Notes: generated by a model not told the origin, from the letters alone. Positions 1 through 14,341 are shown, counted from the stretch's first letter. The stretch: 64,000 bases of DNA from Phoronis australis (GCA_002633005.1 NMRA01000264.1:380859-444858); one strand, 5' to 3'. Made by a program: numbers and translations.

Positions 1-376
1 AAGTGGTGGCATTTTGGAAACGAACATTTGACTGACAAGACCGCAATGGCTCACCTTTGGCCTATTTAAAGATTGAGGTCATGAATTGGAGCGTGCGCAG
101 TATAAAAATGGTGAGTTCACGATTTTGGGAACTGAAATAGGGACTGCTCGAAAAAAAAGTTTCATAACGGGAGTATTTGTTCAAGTTGGAAGGAATTAAA
201 CACATCGGCAACCTCCTAAGGTGTTCCTCTATGCGCAAAAGATATTTAGAACAACGTGACTTTGATGGTTTAGTCGGTGCGAGGCAAAATTCGCCGAAAA
301 GCTTCCGGCGTACAGAGCGCCTATAGCCTCTACATCGCCTCTGCTTCGGGCCAACAGAGGCGATGGTCATTGCCTA
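1..376 (-). mobile_element. Long-TIR non-autonomous element (same family as 36201-37144), running off the window start
   Basis: The reverse complement matches 36201-36610 and ends in ...GATGGTCATTGCCTA at 376. Confidence 0.85.
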
Positions 377-866
377 GTTTACATCGAGACATAGAGTACA
401 ATACATTACAACTAGAAAGATTATTGTCACGGCGTGACAATAACGGACTCTGCGCGTGCGCATACTGGAATTATTATGGGAAGTTATTGACAGCAACCCG
501 TTTACCAATATGAAAAGGAATTCTTTAAAATTATAGGAGAAATTACATGTTAATATTTTGATGACCTTTCCACTAGTTGACCTATTCCAGTGCATTATGC
601 ACCCCAATCGGGGAATAATTGTAAACTCGATTTAAAGTGTGGTTAATGCTAAGAATCACAGATGTTTTACTTTAAGCACTTCAGAATACAAGATGAATGA
701 ATTGGTCAAAGTTTCAGAAGAAAAGTGCACCTATTGACCCCATGGGTGCACCAAATGACCTGAAAATTTAGACGCACAGAGTAATAAGAATAAAATTGAA
801 GAAAACCCAGGAACAACAGTACTCTGTGCTTACATGCGCAGAGTAATGATTACATGTTACCAGAAG

Positions 867-2627
867 TAGGGTGAGCAAACCAATAAAGCGGAAATTCAGC
901 AAGAGCGAAATTTTGCCATTTTCCATGATTTTCACAACCTCATATCTATAAGCATACTAAGTGGTGGAAAATGAAAAGTATGCCAGTGAAATATTTAATT
1001 TTTCTTCTTTCTATTGATATCCATTACAAAAAATTTGGGCATTATTGAGTGTTCTTAAAAATTGAAGTAAAGCGAGCCTTTCACAAATTTTTCACTCACC
1101 GCTAAATTCTTGTGACTTTCAGTAAGGGTCAAACTTTCAGCTGTTAAATGGCCGTTACTGAACCGATTTTAATTATATTTATATCAAACTGTTTGCTACA
1201 AAATTCTGCTTTCAATCCTGAGTGTACACTTTTTATTTTTTTGACAAAAATATGAGAAAATGTACTTTTTTAATTTACTGCCTTGCCACTCTTTCATCTG
1301 GAAAAATCCTGAAAGTACACTCAATGTCATAATTGCTTATCATGTCCTAATCCATTCCTGATCGTTTTTTTCACATTATCTCACCATTTCCATTTAGGAA
1401 CACTTCTAAAAAGGTAACTTCAGTCATTTTTCAAGAACCATGTTGACCTTTCCAGGGTTCAAACTAAACTCGAACCTGATTGGTCAAATGTATTCAACAG
1501 AACCAGTCAAAACTTCTCTAAGTTACAAAATTTAAAGTGGCCCAAACCTGGTAAAATATTTTCATTAAGATAATATAGAATACTTTTAAACTTTAATGTA
1601 CTTCAATTTTGGGGATAGAGTCATTTTTTTCTATTTTCTTCAAAAATATTTTTTGCTACACTTTTACTACCTCGTGGGGGCGCTGTGATCAGTTTCATTT
1701 TTCGAAAATTACATATTTCACCAAAATAAATGTTCAGTCAAGGCTGCAGTGCATCAAAACATTTTAGAATACAAATATGCTCTTTTTGGATAGTCACCAA
1801 CATAACACCACCTCAGTTTCTATATTATTTAATAGGAATGAAATTGATTTAAAGTTCGTTGAAATTTTAGGATCCAATTTAATTTTGTTTAATTAAAAAT
1901 GCATATTATCATTTTTTATCATTTGGTGTGCAACTTAAGATTGTGAAAACATTGATCTTACTTGGGAAAAAAGATTAATTTGCATAACTTTACAGGTTTT
2001 TAAGTAAATAACGAAATGCTCTGAAAAAGACTAGTTTTCTGGTTTTTGCTCATTTTGAATTCATTTGTTATGCAAATTACATTTTTTAGAATTATTTCAC
2101 AATCTTTTGGAGTAAAAGAAACATGTTCACTAAACCATAGTAATTCTTGAAGTGTTTTGTCATTTTCAAGGTAATAAATTGCTCTCTTTTTAAAACATCA
2201 CTTGTTCAACTTAGCTTCAGGGGCAAAAATGTCCTTTCACAAGTCGAAAAAAAACCAAGTCGATGGTGAATTTTTCAATTTTTGTTGTTCTTGTTCGTGC
2301 AAAATATAATAATTTGTGGTTTGGTGTCTATGCCATGTTGTTAACCTACTTGCAAAGGACTCTCCGTCTTATTTTAAGAGCACTGTGAGCTATGGATTCC
2401 CAAATATAGTTGTCTAAACTTGCCATTTTCTGTGGCCTGAAATTTCTGGGTGCCGTTTGCTGAAAAAAAGGCCATTTTTGAGGCCCTAAAATTCAGATAA
2501 CTCGAGAATCGCTGAAACGATTTGAAATATAATTCAAAAAGTTGTATGAACGGCATGTCTAAAGCTATCATTTAACACTCTTTTGAAGTGTTTCTAATGA
2601 AATTTGTATTTGTGTTTCCTCACCCTA
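867..2627. mobile_element. 1.76-kb non-autonomous TIR DNA transposon (hAT-like TAGGG termini)
   Basis: TIRs TAGGGTGAGCAAAC / GTTTCCTCACCCTA. Flanking direct repeat CCAGAAG (860-866, 2628-2634), or ACCAGAAGT if the termini are AGGG..CCCT. No long ORF. Confidence 0.8.
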
Positions 2628-4054
2628 CCAGAAGTCGTGATACTAGACACTGACCACCGTCCTACTGGCACAGCCAGTAGGACGGTGGAACTCCCATTGA
2701 TGCTTCATACGCCAGAAGCGTTTCGGGGAATTTTGCCTCACACTGACTACGTCATGTTGTTATAAATACACTCTGGGAACCACGGCAATGGTTGTCCGCC
2801 TAAGCATAAAACCAGCTTGCTGTCATGCTCACCGAATTATTCCACTTCAATGTATATGCCCTGAATATGATTTTATTTAAGTGTCACAAATGTATAATAT
2901 CCGTTGATTCAAAAGTTTTCTTTAATTTATGCCGAGTTGTTTCAACTGTTCGTTGCTTTTCGGTCGCCAATTTATAAATTACACCTATGGTCGTCATATT
3001 CTGCCGCCTTTTGTAAGAACAGAAAAAGGCCAGGAAAATAGTGGAAAGTGATTTACAACAATTCTAGTTCAACCACAGACTGTTTTGAAGTTTAAGCAGT
3101 AAAATAACCAGCACTTGAAAATTAGAGATAACATGCAAACATGCTTATGTACAACTACCTGTAACATTTTTGTTCTAAATAAGTACTCTTCATGTAACTT
3201 GGCTACAGTCTTTCTTTTTCTCTGTTAACGCGTGTCAGCCAAAACAAAACTGTAAGCCTTCGATACTTGGTCAGCAGAAGTTGATCATTAGACCTCGATA
3301 CAGTTGTTCTAATAAATTACCCAATATCATATTGTTTGAACTTTTTTCTCACCTTACAGGCTTCTGCAATCATCAATGAATAAATAAATACCCAAGTTGA
3401 ATTGCATTTTATTGCTCAATCTATTAGTTTTACTTATAGTTATGTTATGCTGTGTTGTATGTACCAAATTAATATGGTGAAATAAATTCAATGTGTTATT
3501 TCAGTGTTGAAATTCTCTATCTATTCAAGTATTTTAATTTTCTTCAAATAAATCCAAAATACCTGAACCAAAAATTTCAACACTAGTGTTGAGCTTTGCA
3601 CAACGTTTTGCAATAAAAAACAAGTGGACAATATTTTGATGGCCAATGTGTGGGTAGAAACTGTTAAGCACCCAGCATGTTGCATTTGTCTGTTGCGTTT
3701 TTCCCTTGGCCTTATAGATGTTGGTTAGTGCCTGGGACAAATAGGTACACAATCCCTGGGTTGTTCTTTGTCCCGTCTGAAGAAAATTTAATTTCGAAAA
3801 TACCTTCTGAAAATGAACAAAAAAGTGCACTAGTAAAATCTACAAGTTTTTAAGGGGTGTCAAAAAACAGTCGGTAAATGCACCGATTTTTGTCTCATTT
3901 CTTTGATGTGTGTTTCTCCCAAGAGGTTAGTACCTAATGAGCAGAGGAGCACTCCAGATTGTAACGCTAAGTCCCGTGTAGCTGCGCTGCACACGAAAGA
4001 AGATGGCGGACGACCATTAGAGCCTGACGACGATAGGTATCCCGACGATACCTT

Positions 4055-4205
4055 TTGCGCATATAGGAACACCTTAGGAGGCCGTCGTTGTATTTAATTC
4101 CTTCCAACTCGAACAAATACTCCCGTTATCAAACTTTTTCTTCAAGTAATCCCTCTTTCAGCATCCAAAATTGGTAACTCGCCATTTTCACACTCTGCAC
4201 GCTAG
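4055..4205 (+). repeat. Diverged fragment of the long-TIR family
   Basis: GAACACCTTAGGAGG...TTTAATTCCTTCCAACTCGAACAAATACTCCCGTTAT is shared with 1-376 and 36201-37144. Confidence 0.7.
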
Positions 4206-5546
4206 GGTATACATATGTCATGGCACCTGCGCCTTGCTGGGCTCAGTGTTAAAATAGCGAGTCTAATACTATTTGTTGGTTTGAACTAACGTTACCATCG
4301 TTTTGCCAAGATGCAATCGATTTGGACATGCCATAAACGGCATAAGAAGTTACGTGATACAACACGTTCTAAGGTTGAGGAGTCGGACTGTTAATTTAAG
4401 TACTAGTTACCATGATCGGCAGTCATACTTGAATTGATGTTTGGTTGCACTTAAATTGAAGCTAAGAAGGTTGCATCTATCCAAAACACCAATTCCCAAT
4501 TTTCTTAATTGCGAAACATAGTTGTTAATTTGTTATGCTTGATAGAATGCTTTCTTGATCAAAACATCTAGTTCAACCATCCACTTGTTCATTACAATGA
4601 ACCTTCTGTTGAAGGGATTGGAAATCCATTGTTTGATGTTATTTTCACATATTTAGTGGTTTGACTAATGTCATTTGTATTATTTAGTTGACAGGAGTTG
4701 GTGCATCTTTTCATTTCTTTGATGATTTTATTACGGGAAATCTAGTGTTTCCTAGGGTGTACTTCCATTGAAGGCTCTCGACCATTTCTAATGTTGACGT
4801 GGAAATGTGCATTTGAAATCTACATGGGATTCCTGTGCAACAGAATCTTTCCAAAATATAAACTGAGGACAGTGCTGTTACTTTAACACGGAATAATTTA
4901 GTTTCTAAGTTACCTTACACGCATAAATTTTGAAATTCTAAGCTCCAGCAGTCTGCAACCAATGATGTCAACAGAAAGTCATAGCATGATACGTACATCA
5001 CTCGGCATTGGAAAGGCTCCTTTATTATAAGGAGTTAATAAAAGATCTTTAGAGCTGTCCTGTAACTGGCTACCATCAATTTAAGTATCACCGTACAACA
5101 TTTTTAGTGCGATCAAGGTACATGTAGCATTTAGATCAAAAGTCCAGCTCAACCTGATCATTGATGAGTTGACTTCATAGCTTGCTAGTCAGTCCCTGGA
5201 AGTCCTACTACTTTGTCTAGGAAGAGATAGCGTTGGCCATTGGTCATAAAGGTTAACTTGTCTTTTATTGTCCCTAATTCTCTATGGGTGTTCTCATTAT
5301 GAACGTCCTCCTGGTATTACTTTAATTCTTTTTGTCAACCACAAGTCAGGCCTTACTGACCCAATCAGAGTACAATATTTTAAGGTTTACTCATTGCTCT
5401 TAACCAGTGTTCTTAGGTGTCATGGTAGTCTCTGACTCAACTGTGCCATTTCAAATTTGTATATGCTGTGCACACACTGAGAACAGACAGAGTTTGCTTT
5501 TGAGCTAACTGTCTTTTATATTGATATTTGTAATATTCTGTTGTAG

Positions 5547-5634
5547 GGTTCTTGTTGCAAACTTCTCAGAGGAGCAGTTGGATAGATACGAGATGTTCCG
5601 ACGAGCCACATTTCCACGAGCGTCAGTGAAACGG
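5547..5634 (+). CDS. TAF11: TAF11 internal exon
   Basis: ttgtag|G GTT...AAA CGG|gtatgt; [19 protein letters not shown]. Confidence 0.93.
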
Positions 5635-8600
5635 GTATGTTGCACAGATTTGTACTTAAACCTGCCGTTAATCCAAACTCCACGGGAACTTAAAAAAATC
5701 TTGGGGACGCTACTTAGAAAACTTAATGAAGATTTCAGGTAATTTGCTTGAGTTGAAACTATTTTTATTCAAGCATTGAAGTCGCCATATCGAAGACGAT
5801 GATTTCGAGGCAGTCAGTCCGCGAGTTTTCACCCTGGGATTTCAGCACAATTCTCTGTAAAATGATCGTAATTTAGCAGCAAAGTTTGAATAGCAATTCA
5901 CAACAGTTATGTTGAAAGCCATACAAAGATTACAGATACGTCACAGAGCGTAAATTTGATGAATCTTAGCTTCCGATTTCACCCGTTTCGGAGACCGGGT
6001 TTCAACCGCCTTGGGTTATAATAAGCGTCCCCCCTGAACCGAACTTTTCTAAGCGCCCTGGGCGGTTATTACGGTGAATACGGTATTCAATTGAATTGTG
6101 TGGTCTCGCGCTGATAACTGTGTGACAGTTAACGTAATACACGTGGATATTTTAAAGCCTAAACCTGGGTTATGTTACATAAGTGCATGGCAAGACACTC
6201 ACGAAAAAGCGGAATCACGGCATTATGAGAGAAAGAGTGAGAGAATGAGGGAATGAGACTTTTATGATAAAAACGTATAAATTACAACTTCACATAGAAT
6301 ACAGAAAACAGCAAACGTTGGGATGGTTAAAAAATGCTAGACCTGAGGCCACCTAATACAAAAATTATAAGACAAATTATAAGACAAACATTGCCATGTG
6401 TTTCAAGGGAAGCACGTGATCACAGGCATGAATGTTGTGCGTCTATGGGAATACATCCCTAATTAATTTTTATAGTGTTAGATTCAACTAGATCAAGTTT
6501 GTGTCTTGTGTTCATGTTACATAATCCACATATTGATTGATATCACTTCATAAACCTGGCTTCACATGAACAGTTACACAATACAAACATTGTCCAAAGG
6601 GAATGATGATTTTATATAAATGTCCTGTTGTTTCCAAAAGTGAAAATGCTAATTGCTTTTACTTACTGTGTTTTGAAATTGTTCTGTTTTCCCAGGTTTC
6701 TCGTTTGCTTTTTAAATATAGTTTATTGTAATTGGTTCTCCTGAGCTCTGAACCCCAAAGGAGGTCATTTGCAAGGCAGATATTAGTGTCCTAAGATTTA
6801 ATGATATGTGGCCTCTTGATATTTACTGTGAATGATGCTTTTTAAGGTTATCTCAAACCTTATTTAGTTACCTTGATATCAAGAGGACCTGGCTATGTCA
6901 ACTAGTAAAGATATATATTTTCTGAAAGAAAAAAGGTCAAAGATTATAAAAATATGTTCATATTTATGTGCCCCTGTTATTGTTACGTTAACACGTTTTT
7001 GAAGTCAAAATTTCATTTTTGAGAAAGAAACATTCATAGAAAAATAACCCCTGGGTCGATTTTTATGAAACCATTTGTAAATGAAAATTTCCACAATTTG
7101 CCCTAAAAATGCTGTTTGGAGTTTACGATTACTCATTAAGTTATGTTTCTATGCCAAATTAACTCACAAAACGTAAGGCATTTTTGTAAAAAATAGCAGT
7201 CGTATTTGCTATCTTATGGTACATAAAAACCAGGTGTTGAAAAGAAAATCCTAACAGCGTTTTCTAGATTGATAAACAAATGTTAAAATGAGAAAGTTTC
7301 AGTGAAATTGATGGAGCCGTTTTCGAGAACTTTTGTTCCTAAGATCAAATTAAGTCGATTTGCCGAGAAAAAGCAGAAAAAGTTACGAGTCTTCAAAATT
7401 TGTTGGTTATCACTTAATAATTATTCGATGAAAACTTGTTCACTATTTGAGCATTCACTCACTTTGTCAACTGAATTTGCGGTGTGTAATTAACTTAATT
7501 ATCACTAAAATGTTTTAATTGTGTGAATGTGCCTTGAGTCAAGCTAGGTCAAAGCGAGGTCAACTGTTGAGTAGGTCAATAGTTCACTGTGATACACACC
7601 ATGCGCCGCGGAGACTGATATGAAACCAAGTACAAAATGGACAACAGAAGTTGAGACGGTGGTTAAAGTGCGTTGTTAGCACGACTATCTATTTTCACAA
7701 CTTGCTGTGTTTGTGAACACAAAGTCACAGATGTATACGTTGACTCGAACGCGGTGCATTCGTTCTCTGCAGTCATATGCATGCAGACGCATTACTCCCT
7801 CGGGATCAAAAATATGTTTTGTCTTCGTTTTCGCGGCATCTTACTATCCCGTGTACATCTCGTTGACTCAGTATTATGGCGACTCGGTAAATGAAAGGAC
7901 TGAGGGTACATGCAGAACTGATCTATGTCTGGCAATTTTAGTGACAGCCCTGTAACCTTTGACCTGGGATAAGTAAACACGTTTCCACTCGGCTGAAGGT
8001 GTTTCTACTAAATCATTCTTTTCTACTACACGGTATATATTTCGTATTTGAACTTCCCCGAGAATGAAGATAAGGTATTTTGTTAGACATATGTGAAATA
8101 TTGTAAAAGCGGTCATTTTTTGTGAGTAAGGTTCGAGACATCCTTAATAATGTGTTGAATGAGCCCAGTATTCACTTTTGATGAAATTTTAATCTGCATT
8201 TGTCATGCGATATAAGTTTTTCTTTCATCATGTTAATTGTTATTTAGTTTTGAAATCCTTTTCAATTATTATCCTGCTGCGAATGCTGAAAATATCTTTT
8301 GTACTTTTTTCGTAACATGCTTAGTCATTATTCAAATACTATTATACACCAAGAATCTCAATATAATAACCATTGATACTAAAAACGTATTAAAGTAATA
8401 ACACGATTGTTAATTTCAGTTAATGCAATCCATCACTGGTAGCACGTTATCACAGAATGTTGTTATTGCTATGGCTGGTATTACAAAAGTCTTTGTTGGA
8501 GAAGTCATGGAAGAAGGTAATCCATTTAAGGAGTCTTGTTTACGCAGTTGGCTGCTTGCGTTTTGTGAACTTATCAGAGATTCAGTTGTACTTACGTTTG

Positions 8601-9354
8601 GTCCTTTTTTGTTTTTTACTTTTAAGCAGACAGTTTGTTTTTGTTTTTATATATTGGGATTCACGTCTTTATAATTTCTGGTTGTAATTTTAAAGATATT
8701 TACAAATTCATTTGTTAATAGCTGTATTAGCCACCAGCAGTGTAATTAACATTCAGCGCTACTGTACCTTTGGAATACTTTTAACGAAGGCAAAATTAGT
8801 GTGGTTTTCAGATGAATGGCAGACACTATTTCACATGTCAATCGTAGCTGCAATTTATGATGCCATATGTGCTACTGAGTGACCACTTTATGAAACCTCA
8901 GAGTTACAGTGTGGAAAAATGCACTTTCATATGAAGAATAAACACATTTCTTTGGGAATATTTTTTTTGTTATTTACATTTGGAATTGTTTACAAAGCTG
9001 AGTATACAATTTGGTGAGCAAGGTTTTGAGGCAGACCCTGGTCCTTTGGTTTCCAATTCCACATTTACACAGTGTATAGAACTAGTTCTGCTTAAATTGC
9101 CAAGAGACCTTAGGTAGTGTATATTAAGCAAATGTTGATTTACATATTTGCGGCTATCATGAGGTAAGACATTTTTAAAATAACTAGAAATTCTATTTAT
9201 ACTAACGAATTTCATTCAAGCCCTGGACTGTAAAGAGAAATGGGGAGATCAAGGCCCTGTCCAGCCAAAACACCTCAGGGAAGCAGTGAGACGGCTTAAA
9301 GAACGGGGGCTAATACCCACTACGAAACACAAGAAAGTCATGTTTCCAAGGTGA
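5547..9354 (+). CDS. TAF11: TFIID subunit 11, 3' part (exons 5547-5634, 8420-8516, 9221-9354); upstream exons not identified in the window
   Basis: Spliced translation [105 protein letters not shown] matches the TAF11 histone-fold C-terminus. Introns are GT-AG with consistent phases. Confidence 0.95.
6846..8143. mobile_element. TTAA-flanked non-autonomous DNA transposon (Kolobok-like RR..YY termini), copy 1
   Basis: ttaa|GGTTATCTCAAACCTTA ... TAAGGTTCGAGACATCC|ttaa; collinear homology with 54286-56159. Confidence 0.82.
8420..8516 (+). CDS. TAF11: TAF11 penultimate exon
   Basis: tttcag|TTA ATG CAA...GAA GAA G|gtaatc; [19 protein letters not shown]. Confidence 0.93.
9221..9354 (+). CDS. TAF11: TAF11 terminal coding exon
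   Basis: ttcaag|CC CTG GAC...CCA AGG TGA; [14 protein letters not shown]. Confidence 0.92.
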
Positions 9355-10814
9355 TGTTTCTGTTGTGCAATGGTGTTGAGGATGAAGTGCAGAACTTCAG
9401 CTGTTGATTGCTGGCGGTGTCCTGTTGTTAGAAGGCAATAACTTGCTAAAGTTAACTTACTGCTATATGCCTCTCATCGAGTTCAAGTTGAGATTTTCAC
9501 ATAGGTTGTTACATGTTAGTAAGATAAGTCAAATGTAAGCTCCCTCTGTTGTGTATAAATTGTGACAAAGAAACATCCAGCTGATGTTGCGTTGTGGAAG
9601 TCTGGAAGTCTTACAGGATGTATCATTAACATAACATTGCACAATCCTAAAGTAATGTGACAAAATGCCCCAGAATAATGACTGAGCACAAGTGTCATAG
9701 TGACCATGGTAACCATCTGTTATGAGCAAGAATGATGAAAAGGTTATAAGAAAGTTGAAACTCTTTTCTACATTGACTTTGTCATGGCTACGAGTCATGA
9801 CCAGTCACAACCCATCATTTGTGCCGTGATCGGAATTTGAAAACATCATGGGGAAACGATATGTTGTCTTATTCAGTAGTAGGATTTGTTGTAGGCGATT
9901 AAAATCGTAGTGTACTTGTTTTCAAATGTTTCATACTGAGTGCTTTGGCAAGTGTAACATTAATTTTTTGTCAAAAATATAATTTTAGTGTTAAGATGGC
10001 CAAACATTTTGTATTCGACAAGCTGGACAACATAGGACTTGTAGTGCATTAATGACTTTTGAGACCTGGATTTGTCCGAGCTGTGTTTTGTAGACTCGAG
10101 AACCTCATGAAAAAGCATGGCCTTGCAAATGGACATGCATGAAAGCCTCAGTGTTTCGTATGTTGGGGAGATTACGCGTTTACTCAAGCGAAATGACAAC
10201 CATGCTGGCGATGTTGGTCTATGAGTTGGCATGTTCAATAAAATTCACCATTTCCACTCAAGAAGCAGTTTTCTGGCTTAGTGTTTCGCTAATGTCGTGG
10301 GTTACACAATGCAGTCCAATTTGAGTTTAATTGCATGTGTCCGACATGTGCTGTCGCGTAAATATACCAACGAAACCCATAGTGCTACACAAGTTAAACT
10401 AAGTAGCTGCTGGTTTTCAAGGCATAATGTGACTACTAAGACTAGAAAATAGTTTTGAGAATATATATGTACAAGTAAGTATAAAGTTTCTGGCAAAAAA
10501 GAGCAACATTTTTCACTTACTGCATTTTGCTTTCAATTGCGTAAGTTTGTGTTTTTAAAAACATCTGACAGTTGTGATTGTGAACTGACATCTTAAAGAT
10601 GTTAGCAATTTTTTAATGTAGGCACTGCTGATGGTTGAGATGATTTTGCATAATATCTCATGTGCAGACTGTGGTACATTTTAACTTTGCATTAAATTTA
10701 GTCTGAATTGTGAACATTCTTCACATATGAGTGTATTCTATTACGTGTTGAACATAACATGAACTTGATCAATATTTCAAGAATGTACATTGAATATTTC
10801 GAAATATTTTCAAT

Positions 10815-10820
10815 AATAAA
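10815..10820 (+). promoter_or_regulatory. Candidate TAF11 polyadenylation signal (AATAAA)
   Basis: AATAAA followed by a T/GT-rich tract. The sequence shifts from T-rich to A-rich just downstream, consistent with the convergent KIF17 3' region. Confidence 0.45.
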
Positions 10821-13800
10821 ATTTTTTTTTGAAATTAATTTTGTGGTGATATTTCATTACTTCATATAACACAAGCTTTAGTATTCTCTTGTATTTCTAT
10901 AGACATGACAAGTTACACACACTGGACGGAACCAACATTGTATATACATTATTATTAATAATAAATATAAACAGCCAATCAATCTTACTATATCAAAATC
11001 ATTACTGTGTAACTTCACTCTACCCTGTGAAAGACGACCAACCTAACACTTCTGATTAATTGTGCAAGGTAAAAATTACTTAGTTCAGAAACTGTGAACA
11101 CTGAAACTAGACAGAAAAGAGGATTTGAAGGAAAGCGTTTTCACAACTTCACAGCAAATCCTCATTAATTTCAAAAATTATGAACAACCACTTTGAACAA
11201 AAGTCACTAAATTTTCAATATTTGAAATAATAATAACAAGTCAACCTAGTGGTGATGAATATTTCTGTTGATCTGTCATTCCCGTTAAAACAAACTCTAT
11301 TCAATTCATGGTGTTACATGAATGTTGAGAACTTGACGAGTTAAAGAACCATAATTACAAATGGTTCCAACTTGAACATAAATCAAACCAAATGCATTGC
11401 ATGCGACTTTAACATAAACACGTGAACAGAAAAGGACAATATTGCTTTGTTCTAAACAAGAAAATCGTTACTTAAATTAAGTTCTTATCAAAGAATTATG
11501 CGCACTCAAAAGCTCACGCAATGTGGTGAAGTCAAAATGGCACACAAATAAAAAGACTACCCAATGTTCCTGAAGTCGATAATCTTACGAAACTGACACA
11601 ACTTCACTAGTACTCAACAGAGTGGGACATAGACTTCAGGAAACACGATTTATTTGGTGTAATAAGATGCCTAGGAGACACTCTGATGAACGGCATGTCC
11701 ATTAAACCGAAAGTATTGTCAGCAGTATATGCTCAAAGTGTAGCAATAAAATTTCATTTATCCTTTTAATTGCTTTGAAACTTTAATGGACTCCACACCA
11801 GCACTTCATTGGCAAAATCATGCAAAAATTTTCCCTCTCAAGTAACAACTGACCAATGCCTGACAAAAGTGAGCGACAACCAAGCCATAACCCCAAGGGG
11901 AGATCGAAAAAATCTTTCTCACCACTAACATTAATACCCAGGAATAACTGCATGAATGTTTCAAGTCTTTTTAAAAGCAATTGGGAGAAATCAAGACAAT
12001 TCATCGAATAAAACACTTAAGTTTAAAAAAAAAACGACAATGCTCAACGAGAATAGAATGAGCGAGCTGACGTCCACGAGGTGGTGCTAATGAAAAACTG
12101 TATTGTATGAATAGATGGAGTACAGCAAGCTATTCACAAGAATGGAGGATTTATGGGATAAGGATGACGTGTGACTTGAATGTATGCATTTCTGCAGACT
12201 GTGCAGTTGTTTCACAAGCGCCACCTAGTGAATTCAAGGTTCATCATGATATATTGCAATCAATAATGTACTACAGAAGACTTTAAACAGATGTTACAAG
12301 AAAGCAATGCATGAGATGAGGCATTTTGTCTATCAACATAAAAACATCAGAGATCACTGAGAAAGACAAAGGTCAAACGTCCATTAAAAAGCATATCCAA
12401 CAATGCTAAGAAAATAAAATATATGAAAACAAAAAATGGCTGTCGAATGTGCTTGCGTGTTGGACGGACTTTCAAAAAAATCATGCTACATTAACTGGAA
12501 TGTATGAGACAAGGAATATAGACCCTCAAAATACTGAGAAGTAGAATGACGCAACTTAGTATATTCAAACAGGGAATAGCAGGCTTGACTAAAGGGCTGG
12601 AAATCAACTACCTACTTGAGTGAATAAATTAAGTTAATTAGTGGTTACAGACATCAAAGTACATTCAATACTATACAACCACATGAAAAGTTAGACAGTG
12701 ATAGAAAAAGCACATTTACCAGATATACTCTTTCCGTTTATTACAAGTTGTATAGTTTTTAGACCCTTCAATGGTAATTAAATTAAATTACAAAATAGAT
12801 TTCATGACTGCATTTGGCAGTGCCATACTTTTCAACCAATGACATGAACACAACAGTTTTGGCCAATCAAAATCTTGTAAAACCAAAGTACAAGACACCA
12901 ATAAATAGTTGTTAGTCTGATATGTGGATCACAAATGAAGATACTTTGGTTTTTAAGCCAAAATTTATGATTGTTCTGTAAAAAACACAATATAAAAAAC
13001 AAATATTAATTTTTTTCAATCACACTCTATGTTGTTTTTCATAACCAAAAACATGATCAAGGCAAAATTGAGCTGAAGGTATATCTTTTGGATGTGTGAC
13101 ACTACAGGATAATCTTGGTGCAACTCAACTATACATAGATGTGCAGTTAATGTCAAGTTCATAATCCACTAGCACTGAGAAATGACTTACAGCTCAGCTT
13201 TCCTACAAGATGTTTGGTTCCATATAGTGCTCTGGTATATTTAAATCACAGACATACAAGGCAGTAGCTAACTATAAGCCAGTCGAGAAGGTTTGAGATG
13301 TACAGCAGGTGACATGTTATGATGGTGTACTTATTCCAATTTTTAACAGAGGAGTGAAAACCAGTTTTCTCCTTTGAATGTCGGGCATTAAACTGGTTCT
13401 CAAAAACTGGGACCTCTGAGAGTGACTATTGCCAGTTGTGCTACAAACAAGGGTTTAAGAGTATTTCTTCCTTACCCATGGCCTAAACAAGGAAATCACC
13501 AAACATGCTGATTCAACTTATTGGTTCATATGTTGAAATCTTTCGGTGCACCAGGAGAAACTGAAATTACAAGATAGAATGACTCCAATGTTTCGAATAA
13601 ATTGCCATATTCTTTTTCAATGGAAAGACGACAAAGGACTGTAGGGCTTATATAGACAAAAGTCCCATGAAATCTTAGTCAGTATTTTAGCTAACCATGT
13701 TACATTTCTTCAGTGAATTAACCAATCCTATTCATGTCTTTATTTCAGCCAATTACATAGGTTTCCTTCAGCTACTGGGCAATCATTTTCATTTTTTTCA

Positions 13801-14207
13801 CTGCCACATTGGCTTTTTTAGGACTTTTGGTCTATACAAGCCCTATAGTCTTTTAAGTCATCATTGACCATGAAATCTCTTTGCCAGAATATCACTCTAC
13901 TGGTGTAAAAACGTCCTTACTATTACTGCAACTGGTTCTTGCAGTCGACAATTATTTAATACACGACTCTGATACAAAGCACCCCAAAACACATTACGGT
14001 TCTTTGGCCCTATCAAAAGTATTGTTCAGACGAAATGACCTGTCACGACTACTAGGTGAAAGAAGTACTCATCGCCACAGTAACCTGAATTCCTCACAAC
14101 TGAGAATGAAGAGGAGTTAACAGGAAAGTCACAAATGTGTCATTTAGTCACTATAACAGGCATTATCAGTCTTTTTTGTCATTAACATAATTAGCAGTCA
14201 TTACTTT

Positions 14208-14341
14208 GGTCATGTAATGTTCTTCAACGGTCATGTAATGTTCTTCAACGGTCATGTAATGTTCTTCAACGGTCATGTAATGTTCTTCAACGGTCATGTA
14301 ATGTTCTTCAACGGTCATGTAATGTTCTTCAACGGTCATGT
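14208..14341. repeat. 21-bp minisatellite (GGTCATGTAATGTTCTTCAAC) x6.3 downstream of the KIF17 stop
   Basis: Identical tandem units visible directly. Confidence 0.95.

Noticed and set aside
62-370. 102-aa ORF with paralogous ORFs at 36185-36418 and 36845-37138
   Set aside because: They lie in the TIRs of a non-autonomous element, have indels between copies and show no recognisable domain.
3903-4097. GC-richer ORF containing AAGATGGCGG as a possible TAF11 first exon
   Set aside because: The ATG frame stops after five codons (ATG GCG GAC GAC CAT TAG), and the region runs into a repeat-family fragment.
5663-6085. Possible TA-flanked MITE ending ...TATTACGGTGAATACGGTA
   Set aside because: Only the right end looks like a TIR, and no convincing left TIR was found.
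11675-11745. Hammerhead-ribozyme-like CTGATGA...CGAAA
   Set aside because: The stem II closing pair and stems I/III do not pair properly by eye. An Infernal search would be needed to rescue it.
13585-13630. Penelope-type minimal hammerhead-like motif on the minus strand (TTGAAAAAGAATA...TATTCGAAAC)
   Set aside because: The catalytic core deviates from CUGANGA; at best a decayed relic.
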